Assembly (NCBI GenBank): GCA_015272395.1
Contig: JACYLQ010000016.1
Coordinates: 53,385 to 117,384, forward strand
DNA length: 64,000 bases
Direction of reading: 5' to 3'
Origin: Calothrix sp. C42_A2020_038
GTDB taxonomy: Bacteria; Cyanobacteriota; Cyanobacteriia; Cyanobacteriales; Nostocaceae
Positions 30,952 to 41,893 of this stretch are shown one piece after another (within the stretch, counting starts at the first letter, position 1; every line of letters begins with the position of its first letter). The position numbers and the translations under genes were made by a program. A model generated the notes under the pieces. That model worked only from the letters and a program-made list of their open reading frames with translations, was not told the DNA's origin and did no database searches.

Positions 30952-33900
30952 ATGACTTTTTCTTCCATCGTGCGCGCGCTGGGACGCTCACCTCTAACGT
31001 CGGAACTGATTACAAAGTTAAATCGACAACAAGATTTATATTTAAGCGGTATTTCCCGTCTACCCAAAGGTTTAGTGACTTCAGCACTAGCAAAAACCGA
31101 AGGTCAGAATTTATGCGTAGTGTGTGCGACTTTGGAAGAAGCTGGACGTTGGACAGCACAACTTGAAGCAATGGGCTGGAAAAATGTACTTTTTTACCCA
31201 ACTTCTGAAGCTTCACCTTATGAACCATTTGACCCCGAAACTGAGATGACTTGGGGACAAATGCAGGTTCTGGCTGATTTGGTTAAAGAGGATGGAGAAA
31301 AGCAGAATACTACTCCCAACTCAACAAATCAAGTTGTGATTGTTGCTACTGTTGGCGCCTTACAACCACACCTACCTCCCAAAGAAGCATTTAAACCATT
31401 TTGTCTGACTATCCAACGGGGAACAGAGCTTGATTTGGATGATTTTGGTGAAGAAGTAACCAAATTGGGTTACGAACGGGTGGCTTTAGTTGAAACAGAA
31501 GGGCAATGGAGTCGGCGCGGCGATATTGTTGATATATTCCCTGTGTCATCAGAATTACCTGTGCGTTTAGAATGGTTCGGTGATGAAATTGAACAAATTC
31601 GCGAGTTTGACCCAGCCACACAACGTTCTGCCCTCGATAAAGTTCAAGAATTAGTTTTAACACCAACAAATTTTAGTGTTATTTTTACTGAAAAACTTAA
31701 GAATAGTAAAGAATTCCTAAAATATTCAACGCTCAATACTCAAGACTCATCAGTTGTTGAAGGAAGTCGTAGATTTTTAGGTTTAGCTTATGACAAACCA
31801 GCTTCGCTACTCGATTATTTGCCAGAAAACACTTTTGTAGCGATAGATGAACCCGAACAATGTTATGCACATAGTGACCGCTGGGTAGAAAACGCTGAAG
31901 AGCAGTGGCAGCAGATAGTGAATGGGGAGTTGGGAAGTGAGGATGAAGTAGAAGAAGGGGAATTTTTTTCCTTGTCTGCTTCTTCTCTCGACTTAGCACT
32001 TCCTAAAGTACATCGAGAATTTGGTGAATGTTTGCTAGCAGCTTCGGAATTTAAATTAATTTATTTATCTGAACTTGCAGAAACTATTATTACTGAAGCA
32101 GGTAATCAATCTGGAATTAACCTTGCGAGTCGCCCTGTTCCTGTTACTCCGCACCAATTTTCTAAGATAGCGGAGACATTAAGGCAGGAACGTGACCGAA
32201 ATTTCTCTATATGGATTATTTCTGCACAACCAAGTCGTTCTGTATCATTATTACAGGAACATGACTGTCCAGCGCAGTTTATTCCTAACCCAAATGATTT
32301 TCAAGCAATTGAAAAGCTACAAATAAATCATACGCCTGTTGCGCTGAAATATTCTGGTCTTGCTGAACTAGAAGGATTTGTTTTACCAACGTACCGCATG
32401 GTCGTTGTTACTGACCGCGAATTTTATGGGCAGCATTCGCTGGCGACACCCAGTTATGTTCGTAAGCGGCGCCAAGCAACCTCCAAGCAAGTTGATTTGA
32501 ACAAGTTGCGACCGGGAGATTACGTAGTCCACCGAAATCATGGTGTTGGTAAGTTCCAAAAGCTCGAAAGCTTAACGCTTAATGATGAAACGCGCGATTA
32601 TTTGGTTATACAGTACGCCGATGGTTTGTTACGTGTTGCTGCTGACCAGGTAGGTACTCTTTCAAGATTCCGCGCAACTACTAACAAGGTGCCCGAACTC
32701 AATAAAATGACGGGTAAAGCATGGGAAAATACCAAAAACAAAGTTCGCAAAGCGATTAAGAAGTTAGCGGTAGATTTATTAAAGTTGTATGCTGCAAGGT
32801 CGCAACAACAAGGTTTTTCATTCCCACCAGATATGCCTTGGCAAGAGGAAATGGAAGACTCTTTCCCTTATCAACCCACTCCCGATCAACTTAAAGCAAC
32901 CCAAGATGTTAAACGAGATATGGAAAGTGACCGACCAATGGATAGGTTGGTATGTGGAGATGTGGGTTTTGGTAAAACCGAAGTTGCCATCCGTGCGATT
33001 TTTAAAGCTGTAACCGCAGGTAAACAAGTTGCGCTTTTGGCGCCTACTACTATCCTGACACAGCAACACTACCACACGCTCAAAGAACGCTTTGCACCAT
33101 ACCCAATTAATGTTGGTTTACTCAACCGTTTTCGCTCTGCTTCCGAACGACGTGATATTATCAAGCGTCTTGCAACAGGGGAACTCGATATTGTAGTGGG
33201 GACGCACCAACTATTGAGTAAAGAAATAAATATCAAAGATTTGGGGCTTTTAGTTGTAGACGAAGAGCAACGATTTGGAGTCAACCAAAAAGAAAAAATC
33301 AAAAGTTTAAAAACCCAAGTTGATGTCTTAACGCTTTCAGCCACACCAATTCCTAGAACGTTATATATGTCACTTTCGGGAATTCGGGAAATGAGCTTGA
33401 TTACCACTCCACCACCCTCACGGCGCCCGATTAAAACCCACTTAGCACCACGTACTGCCGAATCAGTGCGAGCTGCTATCCGTCAAGAACTTGACAGAGG
33501 AGGACAAATATTCTACGTAGTTCCACGAGTAGAGGGTATTGAAGAAACAGCTTCCAAGCTACGCGAGATGGTAGGAGGCGCCAGAATAGCGATAGCTCAC
33601 GGGCAAATGGACGAAAGCGAGTTGGAGTCAACGATGCTCACTTTCAGCAACGGTGAAGCTGATATCCTCGTTTGTACCACTATCATTGAGTCGGGTTTAG
33701 ATATTCCGCGCGTTAATACTATTTTGATCGAAGATGCCCACCGCTTCGGGTTAGCACAACTTTACCAGTTACGGGGACGAGTCGGACGCGCAGGTATCCA
33801 AGCACACGCTTGGTTATTTTATCCTCAGCAGCGTTCGCTGTCAGATACAGCACGGCAAAGACTACGGGCTATCCAAGAATTTACGCAGTTAGGTTCTGGA

Positions 33901-34521
33901 TATCAATTAGCTATGCGCGATATGGAAATTCGTGGAGTCGGTAATTTACTTGGCGCCGAACAATCAGGACAAATGGATGTGATTGGTTTTGATTTATACA
34001 TGGAAATGCTTGAAGAAGCAATTCGCGAAATACGTGGGCAAGAAATACCCAAAGTTGACGATACACAAATTGACCTCAACCTCACCGCATTTATTCCTGC
34101 TGACTACATACCCGACTTAGACCAAAAGATGAGCGCATACCGTTATGTCGCAGCAGCAAAATCAAAATACGAACTTACACAAATTGCTGCTGAATGGAAT
34201 GACCGTTACGGTACAATTCCCAAACCAGCTTTGCAATTACTGAAGGTGATGGAGCTTAAACAGCTAGCTAAAAATCTTGGTTTTAGTCGTATTAAACCTG
34301 AAAATAAACAGCACGTTGTTCTGGAAACCCCGATGGAAGAACCTGCATGGAACTTATTAGCAGCTAATTTAGCTGATAATCTAAAAACTCGGTTTGTTTA
34401 CTCTCCTGGTAAAGTCACCGTGCGTGGTCTAGCAACAATGAAAGCTGACCAACAACTGCAAACTCTAATAGACGCTTTCGACAAAATGCAAGGCGCCGTT
34501 CCCGAAGCAGCTGTTGTATAG
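30952..34521 (+). CDS. mfd: transcription-repair coupling factor
   Basis: 1189 aa with helicase motifs ([27 protein letters not shown]), an RNAP-interaction region and a TRG motif. Confidence 0.93.
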   Translation: MTFSSIVRALGRSPLTSELITKLNRQQDLYLSGISRLPKGLVTSALAKTEGQNLCVVCATLEEAGRWTAQLEAMGWKNVLFYPTSEASPYEPFDPETEMTWGQMQVLADLVKEDGEKQNTTPNSTNQVVIVATVGALQPHLPPKEAFKPFCLTIQRGTELDLDDFGEEVTKLGYERVALVETEGQWSRRGDIVDIFPVSSELPVRLEWFGDEIEQIREFDPATQRSALDKVQELVLTPTNFSVIFTEKLKNSKEFLKYSTLNTQDSSVVEGSRRFLGLAYDKPASLLDYLPENTFVAIDEPEQCYAHSDRWVENAEEQWQQIVNGELGSEDEVEEGEFFSLSASSLDLALPKVHREFGECLLAASEFKLIYLSELAETIITEAGNQSGINLASRPVPVTPHQFSKIAETLRQERDRNFSIWIISAQPSRSVSLLQEHDCPAQFIPNPNDFQAIEKLQINHTPVALKYSGLAELEGFVLPTYRMVVVTDREFYGQHSLATPSYVRKRRQATSKQVDLNKLRPGDYVVHRNHGVGKFQKLESLTLNDETRDYLVIQYADGLLRVAADQVGTLSRFRATTNKVPELNKMTGKAWENTKNKVRKAIKKLAVDLLKLYAARSQQQGFSFPPDMPWQEEMEDSFPYQPTPDQLKATQDVKRDMESDRPMDRLVCGDVGFGKTEVAIRAIFKAVTAGKQVALLAPTTILTQQHYHTLKERFAPYPINVGLLNRFRSASERRDIIKRLATGELDIVVGTHQLLSKEINIKDLGLLVVDEEQRFGVNQKEKIKSLKTQVDVLTLSATPIPRTLYMSLSGIREMSLITTPPPSRRPIKTHLAPRTAESVRAAIRQELDRGGQIFYVVPRVEGIEETASKLREMVGGARIAIAHGQMDESELESTMLTFSNGEADILVCTTIIESGLDIPRVNTILIEDAHRFGLAQLYQLRGRVGRAGIQAHAWLFYPQQRSLSDTARQRLRAIQEFTQLGSGYQLAMRDMEIRGVGNLLGAEQSGQMDVIGFDLYMEMLEEAIREIRGQEIPKVDDTQIDLNLTAFIPADYIPDLDQKMSAYRYVAAAKSKYELTQIAAEWNDRYGTIPKPALQLLKVMELKQLAKNLGFSRIKPENKQHVVLETPMEEPAWNLLAANLADNLKTRFVYSPGKVTVRGLATMKADQQLQTLIDAFDKMQGAVPEAAVV

Positions 34522-34916
34522 TCTTGAGCAGCGATGGCACAGGACAAGGCGCCTGTGCAGTCATTATGCTAGCCTCATGTCAGCATCTACAAGATTTAAC
34601 GTAGTTTTAATCAGCAATCTGGTTTCTGCTCACAATATCCTAGCAGGCGCCGGAAACCTCTAGTTGCAAAATCTTGATTTCTACTGCTTTGGCAAATCCG
34701 TTGCATTCATTACAGCATCTACTTTCAATTATCTATCTGAAAGGGGAAGAGTTTGGAACAAATCCATCCCAAGTAGCAGTCTAGCCTACCAAGTTGATAA
34801 ATTAACTTTGCATTGTTCAATTTAACCCTTTCATAACCAAGTTAAATAACCATATTGACTTTTAGTTATTTAGTTTTTCTCAGAACTAGTATTAGTTAAT
34901 CTAAATTATGACAAAA

Positions 34917-34932
34917 TGTAACTGGCGATACA
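34917..34932 (+). promoter_or_regulatory. consensus NtcA-type box TGTA-N8-TACA with a candidate -10
   Basis: TGTAACTGGCGATACA is embedded in a perfect 11-bp inverted repeat (34910-34920 / 34929-34939). TACAGT (TAN3T) at 34955-34960 lies 23 nt after TAC. Confidence 0.45.
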
Positions 34933-35369
34933 TTTTGTCTTTAAATTTATCACATACAGTCAAACTGCTTCAGTCAGTCTAATCTAGAAGATAGACAGAA
35001 AGTATGGAAGATACGGTTCTTTTGGTAAGGCAAGTACTACCGTAAGATACTGTTTGTTTTCTAACAGGATAGCTAAATTTAAGATATGACAGGACTATAA
35101 GATATATCAGTAATAAATAATTCAACTAATGACATTTGTTAAGTTTTTTTGTTATTTTGTATTCAGCCGGACAGTTCAAGTCCTGAAGCTAAGATTAAAT
35201 AACTGTTAATTCACAAATTTATTTCACTTTGGAAGTGAATTCTATATAGTTACTCGGCTTTATGCTGGTGCCAGTATTCTAGCCCTTCACTAAAGTAAAT
35301 CGGGGATTAATAGGATAAGGATGCGTGAATTGAACAATAAGAACCAATGACCAGGAAAAGCTCGCTACT

Positions 35370-35729
35370 ATGATTACAACAAACAAACAACACATTATTC
35401 TACCTGCTTTTGTTGAAGGTGTTACAAAAGAGAATCAACAAGTAAATAAAGCTTTATTCACTCGAAGAAAAGTTGATTTATTGCAACCATTACGCAACTG
35501 GTTCGACTCGTTAGAAATAAAAAATCGTAAAATTGCTAAACTTATTGCTAAATTAATTCCTGCACAATGTCCATTTGAACGTGATATTGTACTTTTTGGT
35601 CATAAGATAGCTCATATTCCGCCAATGTGCAAGTTAAATCCTTTGTACGACCAGTTTGTTGGGTTGCGTTTCCGCGCGTTGTGCTATTTAGTAGATACAT
35701 GTGGGGAAGATATTCAATCCTACTGTTAG
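35370..35729 (+). CDS. Mo-dependent nitrogenase C-terminal domain family protein
   Basis: LLQPLRNWFDSLEIKN...LIPAQCPFERDI...IPPMCKLNPLYDQFVGLRFRALCYL matches my memory of the Mo-nitro_C family. Confidence 0.7.
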   Translation: MITTNKQHIILPAFVEGVTKENQQVNKALFTRRKVDLLQPLRNWFDSLEIKNRKIAKLIAKLIPAQCPFERDIVLFGHKIAHIPPMCKLNPLYDQFVGLRFRALCYLVDTCGEDIQSYC

Positions 35730-35749
35730 AGCGCTAGTAGAGACACAGC

Positions 35750-36022
35750 ATGGAAATCAAAGTAGAACATCAACCGCATCCAGAACATTTGGAAAAACTC
35801 AACGTATTCAAGTGGGCAATTTGGCAGAAAGAAATTTCAAAATTTCCCTGGACATACGATACTCAAGAAACTTGTTATTTTTTAGAAGGTGATGTAATCG
35901 TTACTCCCGATGGTGGGCAACCAGTAAAAATTGGTAAAGGTGATTTAGTAACATTTCCAGCTGGTATGTCTTGTACATGGGAAATTCTCAAAGACGTGAA
36001 AAAGCATTATTATTTTGAATAA
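35750..36022 (+). CDS. cupin domain protein (Cupin_3 / DUF861 type)
   Basis: 90 aa. WTYDTQETCYFLEGDVIVTPDGG...GDLVTFPAGMSCTWEI is typical of the small cupin_3 proteins. Confidence 0.8.
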   Translation: MEIKVEHQPHPEHLEKLNVFKWAIWQKEISKFPWTYDTQETCYFLEGDVIVTPDGGQPVKIGKGDLVTFPAGMSCTWEILKDVKKHYYFE

Positions 36023-36146
36023 ATAGCCTGTAGGGACAGGTTCGATCGAGATATTGTTACTGGTAGCAAGAAATTCAAGCAAACCTGTGCCTACAATCGT
36101 GATAGAGACAAAGAACACAGCATTCGTCACGAGGAAACAGATACAA

Positions 36147-36890
36147 ATGTTGCTACATCTAAGTACATGGCAAGAAGTCGAAGCTTATTTACAGCAATCG
36201 CAAGGTATTATCTTACCGATAGGTTCGACCGAACAGCACGGTCCAACAGGATTAATTGGGACTGATGCCATATCTGCTGAAGCCATATCTAAGGGTGTTG
36301 GTGAAGCAACACATGCAATAGTGGCGCCAACAATCAATGTTGGTATGGCACTGCATCACACAGCGTTTCCAGGTACAATTAGCCTACGTCCTAGTACTAT
36401 GATTCAGGTCGTGCGTGACTACATGACGTGTTTGGTTAAAGCTGGTTTTCGCAAGTTTTATTTTATCAATGGGCATGGTGGTAACATCGCCACTCTCAAA
36501 GCAGCATTTTCTGAAACTTACTTTTATCTAGAAGAATTGCAGATACCTGATGCAAGTCTGGTTCAATGTCAAGTAGCAAACTGGTTCATGTGTCGCTCAG
36601 TTTTGAAATTAGCAAATGAATTATACGGGGATCAAGAAGGTTCCCATGCAACTCCTAGTGAAGTTGCACTTACCCAATATATTTATCCAGAGGCAATAAA
36701 ACAGGCACCGTTATCTGAAGAAGTAGGAAAAGGACACAGAATTTACAGTGCAACAGACTTTCGGCGCCATTATCCAGATGGACGTATGGGTTCCAACCCA
36801 GCTTTAGCGACTCCTGAACACGGTAAGCAATTTTACGAAGCAGCAGTCAAAGAACTCAGCAACGATTATTTAGAATTTGTAAGTAGTTAG
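36147..36890 (+). CDS. creatininase-family amidohydrolase
   Basis: Motifs LPIGSTEQHGP and NGHGGN are present. ATG at 36147 has GAGGA 11 nt upstream; the track starts at 36054. Confidence 0.85.
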   Translation: MLLHLSTWQEVEAYLQQSQGIILPIGSTEQHGPTGLIGTDAISAEAISKGVGEATHAIVAPTINVGMALHHTAFPGTISLRPSTMIQVVRDYMTCLVKAGFRKFYFINGHGGNIATLKAAFSETYFYLEELQIPDASLVQCQVANWFMCRSVLKLANELYGDQEGSHATPSEVALTQYIYPEAIKQAPLSEEVGKGHRIYSATDFRRHYPDGRMGSNPALATPEHGKQFYEAAVKELSNDYLEFVSS

Positions 36891-36929
36891 GAGTTAGGAG
36901 TTAGATTCATAACTCATAACTCCTAACTC
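36891..36929. terminator. bidirectional hairpin between convergent genes (GGAGTTAGGAGTT family)
   Basis: GAGTTAGGAGTTA (36891-36903) pairs perfectly with TAACTCCTAACTC (36917-36929) around a 13-nt loop. Confidence 0.5.
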
Positions 36930-36936
36930 ATAACTA

Positions 36937-38328
36937 TTAACTTCTGGCAATCCCTTCATCACGTGCCGCGCGCTGAACTGCTGCTGCAACGGCGCCTGCA
37001 ACACGTTCGTCAAATACCGATGGTACGATATGTTCTTTATTCAAGTCTTTAGGGTTGACTAAAGAAGCAATAGCGCTTGCAGCTTCGAGATACATTGATG
37101 TTGTAATTGATTTGGCACGACAATCTAAGGCACCACGAAAGACTCCTGGAAATGCCAAAACATTATTGATTTGATTTGGATAGTCACTACGCCCTGTTGC
37201 CATCACAGCTACATGCGAACTAACTAATTCAGGCTGAATTTCAGGGATAGGGTTTGCCATTGCAAATACTATTGGGTCTTTTGCCATAGAACGCACCATT
37301 TCCACAGTTAAAACACCTGGTGCGCTAACTCCGATAAATACATCTGCACCTTGAATGGCACCTGCCAGTGTTCCTTGGGCTTTAACAGCAAATTCAAGCT
37401 TTTCTTCATTGAGGTCGGTGCGATTCGTTGATAGAATTCCTTTCGAGTCACACATTAATATCGTTTCAGCACCCGCTTTTTTAAGCAACCGGGCAATTGC
37501 AACACCTGCGGCGCCTGCACCATTGATGACAATACGGATTTTATCGATTGACTTTTGCACTAATTTCAATGCATTAAACAGTGCAGCTAAAGTCACAATT
37601 GCTGTACCATGCTGATCATCATGAAAAACTGGAATATCCAACTCTTTGCGTAACCTTTGCTCAATCTCAAAGCAACGGGGAGCAGCAATATCCTCTAGAT
37701 TAACACCACCAAAAACTGGAGCAAGATTTTTCACAGTACGGATAATTTCATCTGTATCCTGTGTTGCCAGACAAATTGGAAAAGCATCAATACCAGCAAA
37801 CTCTTTAAATAACATGGCTTTACCTTCCATTACTGGTAAAGCTGCTTCTGCTCCCAAATTACCTAATCCTAATACTGCGCTTCCGTCAGTAACAACTGCA
37901 ACAGTATTTCGCTTGATAGTAAAGTTATAAACGTCATCTGGATTCTCTGCGATGGCACGACACACTCTTCCCACTCCAGGAGTGTAAGCCATAGCTAAAT
38001 CAGACACGCTTTTAAGCTGAATTCTACTACTAATACTTATTTTGCCACCGCGATGCAAATTAAAAGTGCGGTCATAAACATCAAGAACCTTGATATCAGG
38101 TAAAGCTTTTACTGCTTGCACTATTATTTCTGCATGTTCACCAGAAGCTGCATCAACGGTAATATCACGAGTTGTAACATTGCGTGTTTGCTCAATTAAA
38201 TCAATTTGACCAAAATTACCACCACTCGTAGCAATTGCGTTTGTAACGCTAGCAAGCATTCCCACGCGGTTGGGAATTTCTAAACGAATCGTTAAACTAA
38301 AACTCGAATTAGGTGTCAAGTCTGCCAT
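36937..38328 (-). CDS. NAD(P)-dependent malic enzyme with N-terminal ACT-like domain
   Basis: Malic enzyme motifs are present (YTPGV, VVTDGSAVLGLGNLG, FHDDQHGTA, NGAGAAG). Confidence 0.9.
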   Translation of the reverse strand: MADLTPNSSFSLTIRLEIPNRVGMLASVTNAIATSGGNFGQIDLIEQTRNVTTRDITVDAASGEHAEIIVQAVKALPDIKVLDVYDRTFNLHRGGKISISSRIQLKSVSDLAMAYTPGVGRVCRAIAENPDDVYNFTIKRNTVAVVTDGSAVLGLGNLGAEAALPVMEGKAMLFKEFAGIDAFPICLATQDTDEIIRTVKNLAPVFGGVNLEDIAAPRCFEIEQRLRKELDIPVFHDDQHGTAIVTLAALFNALKLVQKSIDKIRIVINGAGAAGVAIARLLKKAGAETILMCDSKGILSTNRTDLNEEKLEFAVKAQGTLAGAIQGADVFIGVSAPGVLTVEMVRSMAKDPIVFAMANPIPEIQPELVSSHVAVMATGRSDYPNQINNVLAFPGVFRGALDCRAKSITTSMYLEAASAIASLVNPKDLNKEHIVPSVFDERVAGAVAAAVQRAARDEGIARS

Positions 38329-38925
38329 GCTCTGTGTTCGATTTTAATATTTCACTCTAAACCATCCTGGGTCACTACTAGTTGTTTGAAAAGAAGCTTA
38401 ACAGCAACAGGTGAACGAGCTTTATAAATGCGGGCACCGATTATCCTAGTGTAAGGGAAAACTCGTAGCATGAAACATGCGGACTTTCCCGATTACCATC
38501 ACAGTAAAGTTCTGCATTTTGGATTGATATATCTATATCAAACACCATATGGAAGTAACAGGTTTACCACCACAGGTTCTACAAAAAACTTACAACCTGA
38601 CCATAACTTGGACTGCATATTTTATTATTTATCCTTGACAATATAACAAAGCAATGGTCTAAGTGGATTCGTTTAAACATAATATTTCGTAAGATTTGGC
38701 ACACGCTGCGAGCGTTATTTGAGAATTCATATTAAGCTTGTAGGGGGGCACTTTTCTAACAATGCTTCATAAATATGTTTGGATTTAGTAATTTGAAGCT
38801 ACTTATTTAGCTAGTTAATGGTTCTCAAAAAACTTTCGCTCGATAAAAATCTGTGTCACAATCGAAATCGAGCGTGGGGTTGACAATTGCGACCAAGAAA
38901 CCTCAAAAGGCGCTAGGTAAATTCA

Positions 38926-40344
38926 ATGCTGGAAACAAAGCTCCGAGGACGCTATAGAATTGTTAGGGACTTGGGTAAAGGAGGATTTAGCGAGACATAT
39001 CTGGCTGAAGATATGGATTTACCCGGTAACCCTCATTGTGTTGTCAAGCTGCTTAAGCCCATATTTACAGATTCTGAGTCTCTAGAAATCGCTGCACGCT
39101 TATTTGAACGCGAAGCCCAAGTTCTTTATAGGTTGGGCAATCATGATCAAATTCCACGACTTTTAGCGCATTTTGAGGAAGATCAACAATTTTACTTAGT
39201 TCAAGAGTATATCTCAGGTACTCTCCTTAGTAAAGAGCTTACCAAAGGCCAGAAATGGAGCCAAAACGAGGCTGTTAGTTTTTTAAAAGACTTGCTACAA
39301 ATATTAGAGTTTGTTCACCAAGAGCAAGTAATTCACCGGGATGTTAAACCAGCAAATCTGATTCGACGCGCGTCAGATAATAAAATTGCTTTAATTGACT
39401 TCGGCGCTGTCAAAGAAATTACAGCTGTAATGGAAACAAGCCAAGGGATTACAATAATTGGTACCCCCGGTTACACACCCGTTGAACAGCGTGATGGGAA
39501 TCCCAAATTTAACAGCGACATTTACGCTGTGGGAATGACTTGTATTCAAGGACTAACTGGTGTCAATCCTGATACTCTACAAAAAAAGCCTGAAGTTATC
39601 TGGAACAAGCAAGGTATTAACCCACAATTAGCAGCAATTATAGATAAAATGGTTTGTCGTGACCATCGGCGCCGATATCAATCAGTTTCAGAAGTATTAC
39701 AAGCACTCTCTAAACTTAATCAACCGACCCTGCTGCAATCGTTATGGAGTAATAAGAAGGCAGCAATATCAGCATCTATTGTCGGAATTTTGATTATTGG
39801 GATGTCTGTGATGCCAACAACACAAAAAATATTACAGCAATTTGCTAGCATTCCACATTTAATGTTTACAGAAAATAATTATAGTTTTTATAAAAATTCA
39901 AATTATGCAATAAAAATTAAATATCCGCACAATTGGCTGAAAAACGAAGTAGAGGATAAAACAACAGGTGAAATAGCTCGGTTTTCGTCCCCTGCTCAAA
40001 CTGATTCTGAAACCAGTGCTGAAGTCATACTGGAAATACAGCCTTTAAAGCAACCAATTATATTAGAGGAATACACAAATTTAAAAGTTAACGAAATAAT
40101 TCAATTTTTTCCTCAAGCCAAAATACACGAATCCAATTCTATAACATTACCTAGTACACCTAATCTCGCAGCACATGAAGTTGTTTATTCAGGCAAAGAT
40201 AACAATTTGAGCATTAAGAGGAGAGCGCTCTGGACTATTAAAGATAACACTGCGTATATAATTACCTATTCTACTCAAGAAAGTGAATATGATAAATATT
40301 TAAACATTGCTCAAACGATGATTGATTCGTTTGATTTTTTGTAA
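38926..40344 (+). CDS. Hanks-type Ser/Thr protein kinase, one TM, extracytoplasmic C-terminal domain (tentatively PsbP/DUF1795-like)
   Basis: Kinase motifs GKGGFSETY, VVKLL, HRDVKPAN, DFG and TPGYTPVEQ, then a TM (ISASIVGILIIGMSVM) and a ~170-aa domain. Confidence 0.85.
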   Translation: MLETKLRGRYRIVRDLGKGGFSETYLAEDMDLPGNPHCVVKLLKPIFTDSESLEIAARLFEREAQVLYRLGNHDQIPRLLAHFEEDQQFYLVQEYISGTLLSKELTKGQKWSQNEAVSFLKDLLQILEFVHQEQVIHRDVKPANLIRRASDNKIALIDFGAVKEITAVMETSQGITIIGTPGYTPVEQRDGNPKFNSDIYAVGMTCIQGLTGVNPDTLQKKPEVIWNKQGINPQLAAIIDKMVCRDHRRRYQSVSEVLQALSKLNQPTLLQSLWSNKKAAISASIVGILIIGMSVMPTTQKILQQFASIPHLMFTENNYSFYKNSNYAIKIKYPHNWLKNEVEDKTTGEIARFSSPAQTDSETSAEVILEIQPLKQPIILEEYTNLKVNEIIQFFPQAKIHESNSITLPSTPNLAAHEVVYSGKDNNLSIKRRALWTIKDNTAYIITYSTQESEYDKYLNIAQTMIDSFDFL

Positions 40345-40387
40345 GTGTTCATATCCCCTTAACGTAATCTTAAGAATGGGAAAATTT

Positions 40388-41074
40388 TCAACGACTTCGC
40401 CAAATCGCATGTCTACGGGTGTTTAAAAATGTATTAATCGGAATAGCAAACCTTAACATTTCTAAACGCTTGCCTTGTTTTTTAATTTCTCTAGCCATAC
40501 CATTAATACCGATTACATATCCTTGTTCGTCTAACACTGCACCCCCACTCATTCCTGGTATGGCGCCATTATCATAAATAAGTTCATAACCGTTCTCAGC
40601 AGCTTTGAGACGACTACGAATATTACCATATGTAAATTGGTAATTACGTTCTTGTGTAACTCCAGGTATACTAGATGCCCAACCAATTACGTACACAGGC
40701 ATTCCTTCATATACTTGATCAGAATTACCTAAAGTCGCAACACTATAGTTTTTAGGACTGCTAAATTCTAATACCGCTAAATCTAACCCTAATAATTCTC
40801 GAATATGGATTACAGAATAGCGAGTGCCGTCATGTGTTTTGATTTGGTAGTTACCATCCTTAGCGACTACATGCTGATTTGTCAAGATATAGTAAGTATT
40901 TGCTTTGCGTTCAACAATTACCCCAGACCCAGCACCATCTCCATCAATAAGAACTGTAAAGTCTTTGGCAGCAGTATTAATTTGTAACGGTGTTAACGCA
41001 AAAGCGATTTGTGGTTGAATGACCACAGTCGTAGCAGCCAATAATAATGCAGGGAGATTATTAGCAAACTTCAT
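40388..41074 (-). CDS. secreted trypsin-like (S1 family) serine peptidase
   Basis: Signal peptide. Putative triad contexts are TNQHVV (His), DLAVLEF (Asp) and GMSGGAVL (Ser). Confidence 0.75.
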   Translation of the reverse strand: MKFANNLPALLLAATTVVIQPQIAFALTPLQINTAAKDFTVLIDGDGAGSGVIVERKANTYYILTNQHVVAKDGNYQIKTHDGTRYSVIHIRELLGLDLAVLEFSSPKNYSVATLGNSDQVYEGMPVYVIGWASSIPGVTQERNYQFTYGNIRSRLKAAENGYELIYDNGAIPGMSGGAVLDEQGYVIGINGMAREIKKQGKRLEMLRFAIPINTFLNTRRHAIWRSR

Positions 41075-41092
41075 ACAAACCTCAGCTTTAAC

Positions 41093-41881
41093 TTACTTTT
41101 CCTTTCTCAACTTGAGATAATTTTCCAAGGGTATTCCCCAGCTATACTGTTGCATTTGCTTTTGCACAAAAAGTTCTGGTTCAGTTCCATCTTGATATAC
41201 ATAAGGATTACCCCAAAGTGGTTCTGCGTGCATACCATTAACCGCGACAACCTCACCTGAATGATTTAATACAGGACCTCCACTCATACCCTTTTGAATA
41301 TCATTTGTATAAGCAATTTGATATCCACCTTCTAAAGCTTTATTTAGAACCAGGGAAACTTTACCACTTTTAAGGACAAATTTTTGCTGTTGGTTTCCCT
41401 CCATATCTCGTGGGAAACCAGCTGCATATACATTGTTACCAATATTCAGCTTTGATGTTGAAGCAATTAATGCCAGTGGGTAATCTATATCAGCGTGAAA
41501 CTGCAATAATGCTAAATCAGCTTCCTGTAGAGATGTAGAATATGGGGATACTAGATTCAATTTCTCTACAGGTAATGCTACATGTAATCGACCGTCGTCA
41601 GTTTGGATTTGATAGGGTGCTATACCCGCACGTAGTACATGAGCATTAGTCACAACAGTATAAAACTGTCCTTGCTTTCCGACCAGTATTCCCGACCCTA
41701 AAAAATCACCTCCTAGGATTTTAACTGTTATTGACGAGGCAATGCTTTGAAGTTGCGGTTGGGACAGTCTGGTTAATGGTTGTTCAACTGCAACCATTAT
41801 ATGCGGTACCAATAATGCCAACACAAATGATAAGCTGCTAAAACTGGCAATAACGATAATAAAATTCTGGCGCCAATCCAT
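41093..41881 (-). CDS. membrane-anchored/secreted trypsin-like (S1 family) serine peptidase
   Basis: N-terminal hydrophobic segment. Putative triad contexts are TNAHVL, DLALLQF and GMSGGPVL. Confidence 0.75.
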   Translation of the reverse strand: MDWRQNFIIVIASFSSLSFVLALLVPHIMVAVEQPLTRLSQPQLQSIASSITVKILGGDFLGSGILVGKQGQFYTVVTNAHVLRAGIAPYQIQTDDGRLHVALPVEKLNLVSPYSTSLQEADLALLQFHADIDYPLALIASTSKLNIGNNVYAAGFPRDMEGNQQQKFVLKSGKVSLVLNKALEGGYQIAYTNDIQKGMSGGPVLNHSGEVVAVNGMHAEPLWGNPYVYQDGTEPELFVQKQMQQYSWGIPLENYLKLRKEK

Positions 41882-41893
41882 TGCTCGTGAGAT

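Noticed and set aside
36030-36050. AGGTTCGATCG resembling a tRNA T-arm
   Set aside because: No acceptor, D or anticodon arms can be built around it. I found no tRNA or rRNA genes anywhere in the window.
38455-38490. On the minus strand this reads CGGGAAAGTCCGC, reminiscent of the RNase P RNA GGAAAGUCCGG core
   Set aside because: Only this short word matches. None of the flanking conserved RNase P helices or sequences are present. The segment folds as a small local hairpin (GGGAAA...GCATG-AAA-CATGC...TTTCCC) of unknown significance.
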